From the NCBI GenBank assembly GCA_003990765.1, contig RBNJ01000318.1:1-33270 (forward strand): 33,270 nt of DNA. Reading direction: 5' to 3'. The notes under the pieces are model-generated. The model made no database searches, had not been told where the DNA came from, and saw only the letters and a program-made list of their open reading frames with translations. The position numbers and the translations under genes were made by a program. The DNA comes from Jimgerdemannia flammicorona (taxonomy: Eukaryota). Each line of letters starts with the position of its first letter. Positions within the stretch are counted from its first letter, which is position 1. Positions 21,294 through 33,270 of the stretch are shown one piece after another.

Positions 21294-21829
21294 TGCTGGA
21301 TGGTGGAATGGTTGACAGCAAGGGACTTGTAACTATGTAGGAGGCGCGGCGTTCGTTATACTGCGGAACAAAGCTTTGGGGAGCAGTCACCCAAACAACG
21401 CCTCCTCTACCCCCAACTTTCCCTCAATCTCAACCTCAACCCTCCCCCTTCCCAACCCTCCTCCTCGTCCATCCAATCCACATCCTGCATGTATATTGCA
21501 TTGCACGTTGCCATACATGATTGTCTGTGCGATATCTCAAGTAGAAATACCTTTCACATCCATCTCCGTGCTCGCGGCCCCCCCCATGGCGTTGGCCTGC
21601 GATTCATGGACCAAGCCTAACGGAGAGAAACATAATTACGCAACTTGTACATACGTATACAACCCTTTTTGGTCGCAATGAGAAAAATAGAAGGGAATCG
21701 AAGGAGTCATAATTGCGAAATACTTCTTGCTGGACCCACCAGTTCGGATCATCGGAATGATCGGATCATTCACAAATGGGCTGAAGGTTTTGTACTCCGC
21801 GAATTCCCGAACACAATGCGATTTCTGCC

Positions 21830-21960
21830 TTTTTTTTTTTTTCTTTTCTTTCTTTCTTTGGGGTTTCCTGCGCCCCCTTCCTTTTTTTTTTTTTTTTTTT
21901 TCTTTTCTTTCTTTCTATGGGGTTTCCTGCGCCCCCTTCCTATTTTTTTTTTCTTTTTTT
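21830..21960. repeat. Tandem duplication (~59-bp period) of TTCTTTTCTTTCTTTCTWTGGGGTTTCCTGCGCCCCCTTCC flanked by poly-T
   Basis: Copies start at about 21841 and 21900. Confidence 0.9.
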
Positions 21961-22596
21961 CCTCCCCTCTCTGAACCCCTCATTATTAGAAAACCCAATA
22001 CCCTACCTGCCTCATGAACATCAACGATATTCACATGATATACAACTCACGAATCAAAGGCCATTTCATGGATTGCATATACAATCTTCCATTAATAAAG
22101 TTTGTCCGACATCGGATGTTTGATCATTTGAACAGAAAACTCCAACACTCATATGGGAGGCCAGTCAGACCACATCAAGCTGCCAAAAAGAAATACGCCC
22201 CCATAACACAACAATAACGGGAGAAAAAAGGCATGCATTTGGAGCCAGAGCAAATTGTGTACAGAAATGTGAAGATGGGCATGACGCACGAGGCGAAGTT
22301 CCGGGGAAAGCATAGAAAGAACGTATTTTACATGTAAATGAGGGTGGATAGGTATATACAAGACCAAAGTCAGTATATAGGTGTGGGGGAAGCAGATGAC
22401 ACGATCGTACTCTATGTAGACTCATAAAAACAGGGCACTATGTTACAATGCTATGCAAAGATGCTGGCAAACAAAAACTTTTTGGTTCTTCTCTACAACG
22501 AGACGCTCCGCAACGGAAGGCTCGGGTGCTTTTAGTTCTCGAGGAACGCAAAGGTCTATAAGGAAAGAGCAATGCAAAAATAGAGTCTTTTTGTTC

Positions 22597-23087
22597 TTAT
22601 ATCAACACTCCGCGAACGCCATCGAAGCAGTCGTCGTCCGAGTCGACGCGAGTGTCGTGCTTATAGTATCCGAGTGAGTCCTTGGATTGTTCTGCCTCGG
22701 GGAGTTGGTAGGGAGTGACTAGGGAGAGGGTGCTGCGGTTGGCATAGGGGCGGAGGGAGCGGTTCCGGTAGAGGGAGGTAGGGAAGGAAGCGGATCGTCT
22801 CCGGTGAAGGGTGAGCTGGAGAGTGCCCTTAGCGGAGCCACCGTGGGTGCTGGTGTAAGGGAGATACTCCTTGGCGGCCTCTTTAGCGTGGCAGGTCGAG
22901 GAGCAGTAGGTGAGGCCCTGCGAAGGGGGGGGGGAGGAGGGGGGATTATGTGTGAGACCATGTTTATTGGTTTCCGCGAAAGTAGAGAGAAACAGCTCAT
23001 GGCTAAGCAAATAGCGCGGAACTTGTGTGGCAAACTTACGTCTTGGACAAGACGCTTCTCGCAGAACAGGCAGATACCGAGATCCAT
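22597..23087 (-). CDS. ecl1: Ecl1-family small zinc-binding protein (122 aa); exons 23087-23040 and 22917-22597
   Basis: Splicing GTAAGT...TCGCAG joins MDLGICLFCEKRLVQD to GLTYCSSTCHAKE, giving the C-x2-C...YCS-x2-C signature followed by a Ser/Thr/Arg-rich tail. Confidence 0.82.
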
Positions 23088-25012
23088 TTATTGTAGTGGC
23101 AGGTGGATTTTAAAAGTCGGTGTTGTTGAGTGCGGAAGAGTGCGACGAAGACGGAAGCACTGCCGACAAGTAAATCCAAGCTCGAAGGTCTGGGCGAGGA
23201 TAGGGTACTAAGCAAATTGCCCCTCGATGGGCCTTTTATACGTTTTCGGGTACAGTGCAATAATAATTATACCGCCCCATGATTGGCCTAACCATACTTC
23301 GGTGCGCATGCCACTTTCGCACCATTTCTCTGGGGAAGAGGTCACCAGTTCTCACCAATCCGACCTGTGCATATGCAGAGATCGCCCCGCTGGAGGTCCG
23401 TGATTTTCTGTGTGAAAAAGCTAGCTACAGGACAGGCTCGAAAGCGGAAACCTAATGGAGGCCCCGCGTCAAAAAGGAAATCCTGTCTGTGCCTGCAGTG
23501 CTCCTTTGTCAATCAAGCGGACGGGACGAGGGTCAGAAGACTGTCATGGTCTTGCACACCTTCGTCGGGGTACTGGATTAATGGATAGGCCGATCTATGA
23601 AAAAGGCATGCAGCTCGTTGACCTGGCCGAGATTCAAGTTTAGTGTTTGGCGGAGCTTATTCGGGCAATGCATAGGCCAAGGAGATCCGCTGCCTAAGCA
23701 ACATGGTCTTTGGGTTACTAAGATCGACAGCTTTGATCAGGTAGCCAGTTTGACAGGCCCCGAGCAGAATCAAACGACGGGGGAATCCCTCGGGCCCCAC
23801 AAAAGAACTATCTCACGAGAATACCAAAATGGCGTGTTTGGGGGAACTTGGATTTCGCCGCTACCGTCTGAGCAATCCCATGCTTGAACTCACGAAGAGT
23901 TCTCTATCTCTCTATTAATGGCAGCGAATCGAGGTTACCATAATGAGTTCACAATCTCCGTTGCTGCGCCATGTAATAGGTTCGCTTGGTGAGGCGGGGC
24001 CTCGTACAAGAAATAGGGTACGGGGCACGAAACAAAACGCCGGCTTTCGGGTTGGCTTCGGGTACCACGGCCCAGGGACAGCCCTCATGTAGTCGACCCG
24101 AAAACGGGACGATGGCACACACAAGCTCGTCCACGCGGCTCCAGGAAACCATGGATCGAGATCACGCTGCGATCACATAGCTACTTTGTGTTCTTGTCGC
24201 CATATCTATCGTATGCGGCTGGGTATTCAACTATCTGGGCGGTGATATCATTTTCCGATCCGCCCCGCGCCTGGCTTTCACGCTAGCGGATTTCGTTCAC
24301 GGTACCTGATAACTCAGAGCGCACTGCCAGTTTATCTACCGTACTCTGGTGAATCTTCCCGGATCGGATAATGACTATGCCCAAGACCATTCTGCATAGC
24401 AAACACCGTGGGAACTTCTGCGTGCAGCGTAGGCGCGCTGTGGCGTCAACATGAAGGCCCCTGGAAATTCTATGTCAACATTCCACAAACCATTCGCGAA
24501 CGCCATACAGTACATGGGCCATTACGTCGATGTTGATTTGCCAAATGTAATATCTTGAGGTTACTATATTTTCAAAATTTGGTGCTTGTGTCGAAAAAGA
24601 CCCGCAATTATCGTTATTATACTCTCGATGTTAACGGTCCGCTAGTTTGTTTGGCCGTACACAAACATCGGGAATTTTTCTCCTGTCAAGTTGCGATCTC
24701 AATGTTTAAAGTGTAAAAAAAAAAAGCACAAACAAGATATTTCCCCAGTGTCCTGTATTAGGCACGCCCCTCGTACTCTTTATTGCCATGTGGCTTCCTG
24801 GTCCTTCGTAAAGAGGCTGGACGGCAATGATTATCAAAAAAAATATGATTATCGATTGGCCACATTAATAAACAAAAGTCCGTCTCGAGCAAGCGTCGGT
24901 TTCGTCATTGACAATTCGCATATATCAGGTTTCTGTAATGTATATATACATTGCAGTACGATTTACCGGAGCAGACCGTGATGAAAGGTTTGTCAAATCG
25001 AAGAATCCCACC

Positions 25013-25075
25013 GACCCCACTAACCCCACAGGACCCTACCCACAGGACCCTACCCCACAGGACCCTACCCCAACC
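25013..25075. repeat. 14-15 bp minisatellite ACCC(C)ACAGGACCCT x3 plus partial copies
   Basis: Direct inspection. Confidence 0.9.
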
Positions 25076-25812
25076 TTATGACCATCATCGTTTTTACAGT
25101 TAAGCTTCTTTTGTGTCCTGAGACTGTCGATGAAGTGCATGCATACAGTGTGTTTTATTCATTTGCCCCCCGCCACAACATTTTCTTGCGCTCCTCTTCC
25201 AATCCGATGGTAACGTTCCAAGGCTTTCTATCTGAGATTCAATTATAGATCATCTCTGAGATGTAAGAAATTCCATCTCCATTTTTTTTTTTGAGGTCGG
25301 ATTGAATCGCAGCCTCCCTTCCGTCCTTTCCAGACGGTATATACTTTCATTCGGTGGTAGGCTTGATTGTAGGCCCTAACGGTCTTCCCCACTTGGATTT
25401 CGTCATTATTACCACGGTTGACCAATACGTCCCGTGTTATATTATTTTGTTCATGTGGCTCCCCGGCAGAATTCCGGTTTCTGCCTCGGGACCGCCATAC
25501 GACCCCTGCTCAGACGAATCCATGGCGTTTTTATTGTAAAGATTTGCAAAAAAAAAATTTACAACCCGCTACCAAAACTCCCTCGCAGCCAAGAGAACTG
25601 TGTACGAATGAGAGCACTTCAAAACGAGGTCGAAACCATATTGGAACGTGAATTAAGTTTTGTAGGGCGTATTGTTTTGCCGGTGATGATTTCAAGGCAT
25701 TTTTTCAAAGATGTTGCAGTCGCAAAAATGCCTATCCGGCTTTCGTCATTCGTGCCAATCAAGACTGAAAACCTATCTGCGTGACTCTTGTGGTGCTTGC
25801 GATTGTCGAATC

Positions 25813-25870
25813 GGCATGCCGTGGGGAGATGACCCATAAATTGGCATGCCGGGAGAGATGATCCATAAAT
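25813..25870. repeat. 30-bp tandem duplication GGCATGCCG-x-G-x-GAGATGAYCCATAAAT
   Basis: Copies at about 25813 and 25842, each with a GGCATGCC palindrome. Confidence 0.85.
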
Positions 25871-26811
25871 CAGCACTAATAAACCATGACGACTTTGTAT
25901 TTTAATGGGGAAATTGCCCGTAAAATTGAAGGAATGTAACCACATCTTGCGCCAATTTTAATACGCTTTTTTTTTTTTTTTTTTTTTTTTTTTGGGCAGG
26001 AGATACTACAAATGCAAAAGTATTTAGACAGAAATCCAAATTGGAACTTGATAGGTTTCGGAAATTCAAGTTACCCATTTGGGAGTCACAGATGCACCAC
26101 GAAAAATATTCTGCAATATAAAAGGCAGAATTTGGAACTAAACCGACCTATTGTTAGTCAGCTTAATCATTCAACATGTCTAGTGTTACATTGGCAATGT
26201 TGGCCATTGTCACTTGCAAGCTCTCGCGGTGCAATCACTCACTAATCTTGGCATTCCGGCGGCAAATGTTTATCAGCGTCATTCAGTTCGCAGCATCCAC
26301 TGCCGAAACGGCATAGATGAGAATACTCCCGCGGGATGCATTAAAAAAAAAAAAAAAACATCGGCAAACGCTCATTCGTCGTGGATGAACAAAAAGAAAC
26401 AAACCTTCACCTGGTTATGGGCCGATTTGATAAATTGGCAGCCTGAGGTCCCCAGTATCTCGCTGTGACGTGAGGGCCGCCCAGACAATGGTCCAATGGC
26501 TCAGATGATGATACCAGATGATATGACTGAGATATTAACTGTATTTTGATTTTAAATTTTTAGTAATATATATTTAGAAGAGATTTATTGAATTTAAATA
26601 ATATCTTATAATTTGAAATTATAGGTTAATAAGTTCTGGTAACTAAAGAAAAGTTCGGATATGATCCGAATTGTGACTGCGCATTAAGCGGCTTAGCCAC
26701 CATGTGGCGTCAGAGGACGTAGAATGAAAAATGTTTTTGTAAACCACCACAGTTGTGTTTTCAAACATTTCGACATCCGCCAACACTTTGAGATAAGGCG
26801 AAAAACCAGCA

Positions 26812-29146
26812 ATGGCACCAGCACCTTCAGGAAAAATTCAGTTGAAAACCACGTAAGTTGACGGTTCCTTCTTAGCACATGACAAGGAGGCGACGAAAAT
26901 TCTGACACAACTCTCACAGGTTCACATCTACGCAAACGATCGAGTCTATATACACTGGCGGTAAGGCTACCTTCTCACCAGACGAGAAATGGTTAATTAC
27001 GATAGTGGGAGAGGATATTGACATCACAGAGGTGGACACTGGGAAGAAGGTCTACCGGTTAAAAGGGGTATGGAGAGTCAATAGTTTTTAGTGATATTCC
27101 TACCGTTCGGATCAGAAGGAGGCTTAGTACCATTTCTGTCCTTTTTGTGTATTTTTTTATTTTTTTATTTTTTATTTTTTAATTCAGGATACTGAGATGA
27201 TTACCACATTCGCCATCAAACCCGACGGCCGTTACCTCGTCAGCGCGTCACGTTCATTAGTGATGCGAACTTGGGACCTCTCCACCGGCCAGATGGTGAG
27301 GAGCTACAAAGCTCACGAAGCGCCGATTATCGTAATGGACGCTGACCGTACATCGACGCTGGTGGCCACGGGTTCGGCAGATAGTACGGTTAAGGTATGG
27401 GATGTTGACAAGGGATATTGCACACACAATTTCAAAGGTCACGGCGGTGTTGTTAGTGCAATCAAATTCCATCCGGATAAGCACAAGTGGATATTAGTGT
27501 CTGGGGCGGATGATTGCCAGGTTCGGGTATGGGATTTAATGAAGAGGAGGTAGGTTACAGTCAATATATCGCTGGTTCCTACATACCCTGAAGAAATATC
27601 ACCAACATATCTTAAAAATTTGCATTTGCAGCTGCATAGCCGTCTTGGAGAGCCATGTGTCGGTGATCCGCGGTCTCGATTTCTCTCATGACGGCTGGCA
27701 TCTAATTTCGGGCTCGCGCGACAGAGTGGTAAATGTATGGGATTTAAAACAGAAGAAGCTACTGCGCACATTCCCGATTTACGAGGTTAGTTTTACATCT
27801 TCAATTTCATTGGATCCTTGCCACGCTAAGCTTTGCATTCAAATGGTACATATAATGGCTAACGTTGAGATAACTTATTATGAAATAACCCCTTCAGACG
27901 ATAGAAACGGTTGGTTTATTAGTTCCCGAAACACAAATGGAGGGCGATAAGAAGCCCGGAAGAGAGCTATTTTACACCGGCGGTGATAAAGGTATGTGGT
28001 TAAACGGCTGGCTTTAGTCTGAAGGGTGCCAAGATTTTGGTAGTTGGACCATCGCAATTTTTATGCATTCCAACGTTAAAATATATATTGGACACTATTT
28101 TATACCACTTCTCGATCGTGCATTAGGCGTGATTCGGGTATGGGATTTGGCGAATGGTGAGCTAGTCAAAGAACAAACACAAGAAAAAAACAGCAAACAC
28201 GCGATCTCGGATATAATGTATGTGATGTATGTCTTGATTCTGGCTGATTGTAATTCTATTAATTGTATGTTCGCGCTTCTGAGACACTATCCAATGCCAC
28301 AATCCAAATGACCTTTTCCAATACAGATATGCCAAAAAATCAAACCGCCTCGCGGCCGTCACAAGCGACCAAAACATCCTCATCTACGACATCCTCTCAG
28401 GCCTGCGTCGCATAAAACAAATCGTGGGTTACAACGACGAGGTTATTGACGTTGCCTATTTGGGCGAAACCGAAGATCACCTTGCCGTCGCGACGAACAG
28501 CGAACAGATTCGCGTCTTCAACATCAAGAGCTTTGATTGCGATATCATCTACGGCCACACCGATATCGTCCTCTGTCTCGGCCGTTCCCGCGATGGCCTC
28601 GTCTTTGTTTCGGGGTCGAAAGACAACACCGCTCGCATCTGGGCCGTGAATACAGATCATTCTGACTTGGACGCTCGTTATCGATGCGCGGGTATTTGCG
28701 TCGGCCACACTGAGGCCGTGGGTGCTGTGGCGATGTCTCAGAAGACGACAGACTTTGTGATTACCGGTAGCCAAGACCGGACGATCAAATGTTGGGATTT
28801 ATCCAAGCTTGATCTTTCTGGCCCAACATCCGACGAGGAGCCGGCGAAACCGAAATCCATGTACACGATTATAGCCCACGATAAGGACATCAACTCGATC
28901 TGCGTGGCGCCTAACGACAAGTTTTTGGCGACCGGGTCGCAAGATAAGACAGCCAAGGTGTGGAACGTCGAGACTGGCACGTTACTAGGTACTTGTAATG
29001 GGCATAAACGCGGCGTGTGGTGCGTGCAGTTCTCGCCAGTGGATCAAGTGTTGGCGACGAGTTCGGGGGATAAGACAATTAAGATCTGGAGTTTGAAGGA
29101 CTTTTCGTGTTTGAAGGTGAATGAAGCGGCTTTATTGCATGATATT

Positions 29147-29201
<55 letters not shown>

Positions 29202-30389
29202 AAACTGAAGTCTCGCCGTTATTGTATCGTATCGTATCGTAGTAAACCGCTTTGGCCCTCTCACCTACTTTATACCTCTAACTACCATGTCGGTCTTCAT
29301 CACAGACATTCGAAGGCCACACCAACTCGATCCTCAAAGTTGCGTTCCTTACGTCAGGCATGCAGCTCGTCTCCTCGGGCTCCGACGGCCTCGTCAAGCT
29401 GTGGACGATCAAGACTACCGAGTGCGTCACCACACTCGATAACCACACGGAAAAGATTTGGGGCTTGGCTGTACGGCATGATGAGCGTGTGGTGGTGTCG
29501 GGCGGGGCGGATTCGATGATCAATTTTTGGGAGGATCAAACGGAGGAGGAGATGGAGAAGGAGGCGTTGGGGAAGGAAGAATTAATTCTGAAGCATGTAT
29601 TTGATGTCTTGTAGCCATCTGTCTTCCAGCTATCTGTCTTCCAGAGAATATCACACACGGTAAAGCTTTGACGATAACTTACTCTTCATCATTTCTCTTT
29701 TTTACAGGGAACAAGACCTCCAGAACTATCTTCGCAAAAAAGACTATCACAACGCTATTCTCCTCTCCCTATCCCTCAACCAACCACACCGTTTGCTCGG
29801 CTTGTTTACGGAGATCATTAGCATGCGGGAGGACAAGGACAGCATCACAGGTTCCAAGTCCGTTGACCAGATTGTCGAAGGCATGACGAATGAGCAGGTG
29901 GGTGTTTGACAGACAATGAAGTCGACCAGTGGTTGACAATTTTACGAATTTTTGGCTAAAATACTACTATGCTTTTCGCTTGCGCAGCTGGAAAAATTGT
30001 TAACGTATATTCGTGACTGGAACACGAACGCAAAGCACGCACGTACAGCACAGACAATACTCAATGCAGTGTTGCACGGGTTCACGTCGGAGCAATTGTT
30101 GGAAGTGAATAATGCGAAGGAGGTTGGATATTTTTACATAAACTACTGTATTTTATTTCGTTTTGTGCTTTGATTGCATGCATATCGGCCCAATATCTGT
30201 TTACTGATTTAAATGATTGCCTAAACTCGATAGTTCATCGACGGTCTCATTCCGTATACAGAACGACACTACCAACGACTCGACGATCTTATCACTCAAT
30301 CTTTCATTGTCGATTACACGCTGCACGCGATGGATTTGATTGATCCGGTTGGGAAAAAGGTCGAAGTAGATGGGATTGAAGAGGATTGA
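26812..30389 (+). CDS. UTP13: U3 snoRNA-associated WD40 protein Utp13/TBL3; exons 26812-26852, 26920-27067, 27188-27549, 27632-27785, 27898-27991, 28127-28217, 28327-29116, 29306-29592, 29708-29897, 29988-30122, 30234-30389
   Basis: N-terminal IYTGG; GYCTHNFKGHGGVV; GYNDEVID..HLAVATNS; AHDKDINS..PNDK..ATGSQDKTAK; C-terminal Utp13 domain IRDWNTNAK..AQ and LIPYTERHYQRL..VDYTL..MD. Confidence 0.96.
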
Positions 30390-30631
30390 CCTTCTTTGTG
30401 AGGGTGAGCAATGTGGAAGAATGACCCTTTTTCTCATGGCCGGGATTAGCTAGCGTAATTGATAGAATAACCGTTTTACAACTATAGGTTGACAATGACA
30501 CATCTCATGTCATCGTCTATTATTCGCTTTTCTTTGTGTGTGTACATATACGTCCTTGCATTTACCATTATCAACCATAACGCACTTATTCGACAGTCCC
30601 GCTTGAGCCACACGTGATAAACCCCGTCCTA

Positions 30632-31438
30632 CTACTCTCCTTGCATTGATTGTCTAATACACGCGTCCAAGAAACGCGCCGATAACGTGCGAAGAAAAAA
30701 AAAAAAACTTAAAAAAGACAAAGCACCTCGGGTTACCTGTTGCGGTATCGCCATCTTTCTCACGATCTCAGAATGCCCAATCTCCGAACGCGAGGACGCC
30801 GGGAGGTGGCGGATAGAGGTGGTCCTGTTAGAGAGCGAAGCGGATGGGGGAGTGATTGTAATGCTTGGTCCCACCGTTAGATGATAATGGGGTACGCGGT
30901 GATGGTGTCCGAAATCGGTCCTTGAGGTTTGATCGAGGTAGGGAAAACTCTTGTCCAATGCACTGCCCCTACGGCGGTTCGTGACATTATTACGACGAGC
31001 CGACACCAAACGCGCAGGTCCTGAACCTGATCGAGGCCTGGGGTTGTTGCGAGGATCCCACCGCCGATGTCTCATGGGGTCGCACATTGAGATTCCGCGC
31101 TTTACCGGCTCCCGCCAGCGGGGGAAAGGTCGTTTCTCCCATGTCGCGGTTTTGGTCTTGGGGATCGAGCTCTGCTCGGGCCGCGTTTGGAGGGAGGGAG
31201 GGAGGGAGGGGAACGGGGTTCGGAATGACACCGATGTTTTGGCAGTCGCGTGCCGCGTGTGGCTAGTGGGGGCGAGGATTGGAGGATGCGTGGGTTGATG
31301 AACTGGTGATGGGACTAATACGTGACGTAGAAGGAAGATAAAGAAGGTGAGAAACGAACGACGCATTAGAATCAATAAAATAAAATACAAAAACACCCGT
31401 ATAAGAACCGGCAACGACCTTAATAATGTCATCCTCAC
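30632..31438 (-). CDS. Possible orphan Arg/Pro/Ser-rich protein or non-coding transcript
   Basis: 268-codon open frame with no recognisable domain; possible donor CAG|GTAACC near 30736; the true start is unclear. Confidence 0.25.
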   Translation of the reverse strand: MRMTLLRSLPVLIRVFLYFILLILMRRSFLTFFIFLLRHVLVPSPVHQPTHPPILAPTSHTRHATAKTSVSFRTPFPSLPPSLQTRPEQSSIPKTKTATWEKRPFPRWREPVKRGISMCDPMRHRRWDPRNNPRPRSGSGPARLVSARRNNVTNRRRGSALDKSFPYLDQTSRTDFGHHHRVPHYHLTVGPSITITPPSASLSNRTTSIRHLPASSRSEIGHSEIVRKMAIPQQVTRGALSFLSFFFFLRTLSARFLDACIRQSMQGE

Positions 31439-31889
31439 AAACCGTCATCCATTATCCAATGCCGGCGAGTAAGAGAGCTCTTTTGATGACAAGGAGAGGC
31501 AAGGGAGAGACCTACCTAGATCGGAAAAAAAAAATCCGAGATGTTTTTGTGACTTTAGTAGCTAGATGTGGCTCTTGAGTGGCTAAACGTGAAACTGTTT
31601 GATGAACGCGTGGGCAATTTCTGTAGCCAAGAATGGATGTGATTTACCACCTCAAATTAAACGCAATGGGCACAAGAGATTGCTAGAGAGAGATATACGA
31701 AAAATACGAACTGAATTGGGTTTGCATGTACGTATTTGGGAAGAATTCTTTTGTGTTGTTGTATGTACACATGAAATGATAAGAAGCATCCATTTGCCAT
31801 TTCATGAGAAGCGACGCACGCCTCTGGTCTCCATGCCATGACGATTGCTTGCCGCCTCAACGATTCAAATATGTAAACCAACGACCCCC

Positions 31890-32933
31890 TCATGGTTTCA
31901 CCGCCCTCTTCTTTGATTTCTTTTGCCATCCTTCTTCGTCTCCGAGATCCGTTTCCTCCCGCTCTCCCTCCCGCCCCTCCTCCCTCTCCACGACCCCGAC
32001 TTCCTCGTACATTTCCTCCTCAACCAGCCGATCCTCCTCCTCCCCGGACACTTTCACGTGCCTCCGCTCTTGATCCGCGGCCTCGCCGCCCGGACTCCCA
32101 GTGGCGTCCGCGGTTCCATACTTTTCCCTCGCGCGCTGGGCGCGCTTCGCCTTCTGCTTGGCGAGTTTGGCGGCCTTGGTGGAGCTGTGAGACAGGTTGC
32201 CGTTGTACAAATCGTCGAGCTTGGCGCGGAGAAGCTTGCGCGCGGTGGCGCGGTTCAGGGATAAGGAGCGGGTGTGCTGGCACTGGGTGGTGATGAATGA
32301 TAATAGTTTATTCAGGGGTAATTATTAGTTTTTGATATTGGTCATATATGTTTCTTCAGATCATGAGATGGCTGTGGTAAGACGAAACAAAACAAAAATT
32401 CCCCCAGGGTCTTGGGCGACTTTGCAAATAGGTAAGTATAGGTGTTGTGTAAACACTAAGCGTTCGTGACGGTATCCTTCATACGGCGTGGTACAGATGT
32501 CTGAGGCTTAGGACAGGGGGTTTGACACACATACCCGGATTCTGATTCCCGTTGGCGTGTGTGTGAGGTTGACGCAGTTGCTACGTTTGTTGACGCACTG
32601 ACCGCCCGGTCCCGAGCCCTTGACGAAAGTTTCAACCAGATCGGCCTCGTCAAGCACAATGGTCACACGTTCGCGGTGTTTAGTTTTCGCGGGATCTAGG
32701 ATAGGAAGGGAGGAAACCGAGGGCCGGGAAGGTGCGGGCGTTGCGGGTGTGGACATTAGACGAAGTGACGAGCTGATCCGGAGGTTGTTGACGGTTCGGG
32801 GGTGGAAGGAAGAGGGCAAGGGGGTGGGTGGGTGGAGGAGGGCATTGTTTACGAAGAGGGAAGATAGCAGGCTCGGGAGGAGGGGTTGACGGCAAAGCAG
32901 AAGGAGGGTTCGCTGGAAATGTGGTGCAGACAT
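31890..32933 (-). CDS. PTH3: Mitochondrial GGQ peptidyl-tRNA hydrolase / ribosome-rescue factor (Pth3 / C12orf65-MTRFR type), 263 aa; exons 32933-32535 and 32282-31890
   Basis: [63 protein letters not shown] followed by a basic helix; mitochondrial-type leader; no codon-recognition domain. Confidence 0.92.
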
Positions 32934-33059
32934 AAAATTCAATATTGTTTGTTACTACAAGAAGAAAGACCGACCAGAAGGATCGAACAATGCAACAGCC
33001 GGATTTGTCGCGCACGTGGGACCTGCCTAAGCTGGAACCCTAACCACCCGACGTCTGGG

Positions 33060-33270
33060 TGACCCACTAATGCGCCACAAGAAACCCAACCCAACCTACC
33101 ACTCGTCCAACCGAGCACACATTCTCCACAACACTCCAATCCTTTCTTCTCGCTCCTCTCCATCCACACCCCACCTCACTTCACATCACTCTCCACCTCA
33201 CTCACTCACGTCATTCCACCTCACTCCACCTCACCCCTCTTCCTATTCTTCTCTTCTCCCAAACAACCCC
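33060..33270. repeat. C/T/A-rich low-complexity tract with CCACCTCACT-like repeats
   Basis: Direct inspection; almost no G on the plus strand. Probably promoter or 5' UTR sequence. Confidence 0.6.

Noticed and set aside
21645..22123. Phe-rich hydrophobic ORFs suggesting membrane proteins
   Set aside because: Translations of poly-T tracts and a local duplication.
23300..26700. Many 60-116 aa ORFs in the Ecl1-UTP13 interval
   Set aside because: No motifs, consistent splice structure or codon bias; no tRNA or rRNA structure recognised either.
29121..29203. Poly-Phe C-terminus on the WD40 ORF
   Set aside because: Read-through into a poly-T intron of UTP13 (donor at 29117).
32508..32942. Bacterial prfB-like release factor needing a programmed frameshift
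   Set aside because: The interruption is a GT-AG intron, the protein has a mitochondrial leader, and it lacks codon-recognition domains.

Overview
Intron-rich fungal genomic DNA; the gene content and intron style suggest Mucoromycota, possibly Endogonales (inference only). The window has two parts. Positions 1-12392 form a CpG-poor, transition-riddled nest of dead transposons, apparently three deep. A hAT DNA transposon (intron-containing transposase 1-2042, subterminal repeats, putative right end at 5217) appears inserted into the gag of a chromovirus-like Ty3/gypsy element (gag-CCHC-dUTPase-protease-chromodomain remnant, no RT/RNase H/integrase, 3' LTR about 7855-8924). That element in turn sits in a second gypsy-type element (free-standing integrase 9377-10624, putative 3' LTR 10938-12392 containing its own 268-codon ORF). 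Between the transposase and the hAT end lies a convergent five-exon gene (2779-4827, minus). After reverting two C-to-T changes, its C-terminus reads like a TET/JBP-type 2OG-Fe(II) dioxygenase (HxD...HGT); this is the best candidate for an undescribed system. Positions 12393-33270 are ordinary CpG-rich gene space: carnitine acetyltransferase with a mitochondrial leader and -AKL, an intronless F-box-like gene, an M24 Xaa-Pro peptidase, an Ecl1-family protein, UTP13 with a GC-AG intron, and a Pth3/MTRFR GGQ release factor. All gene models were assembled by eye; no database searches were run.
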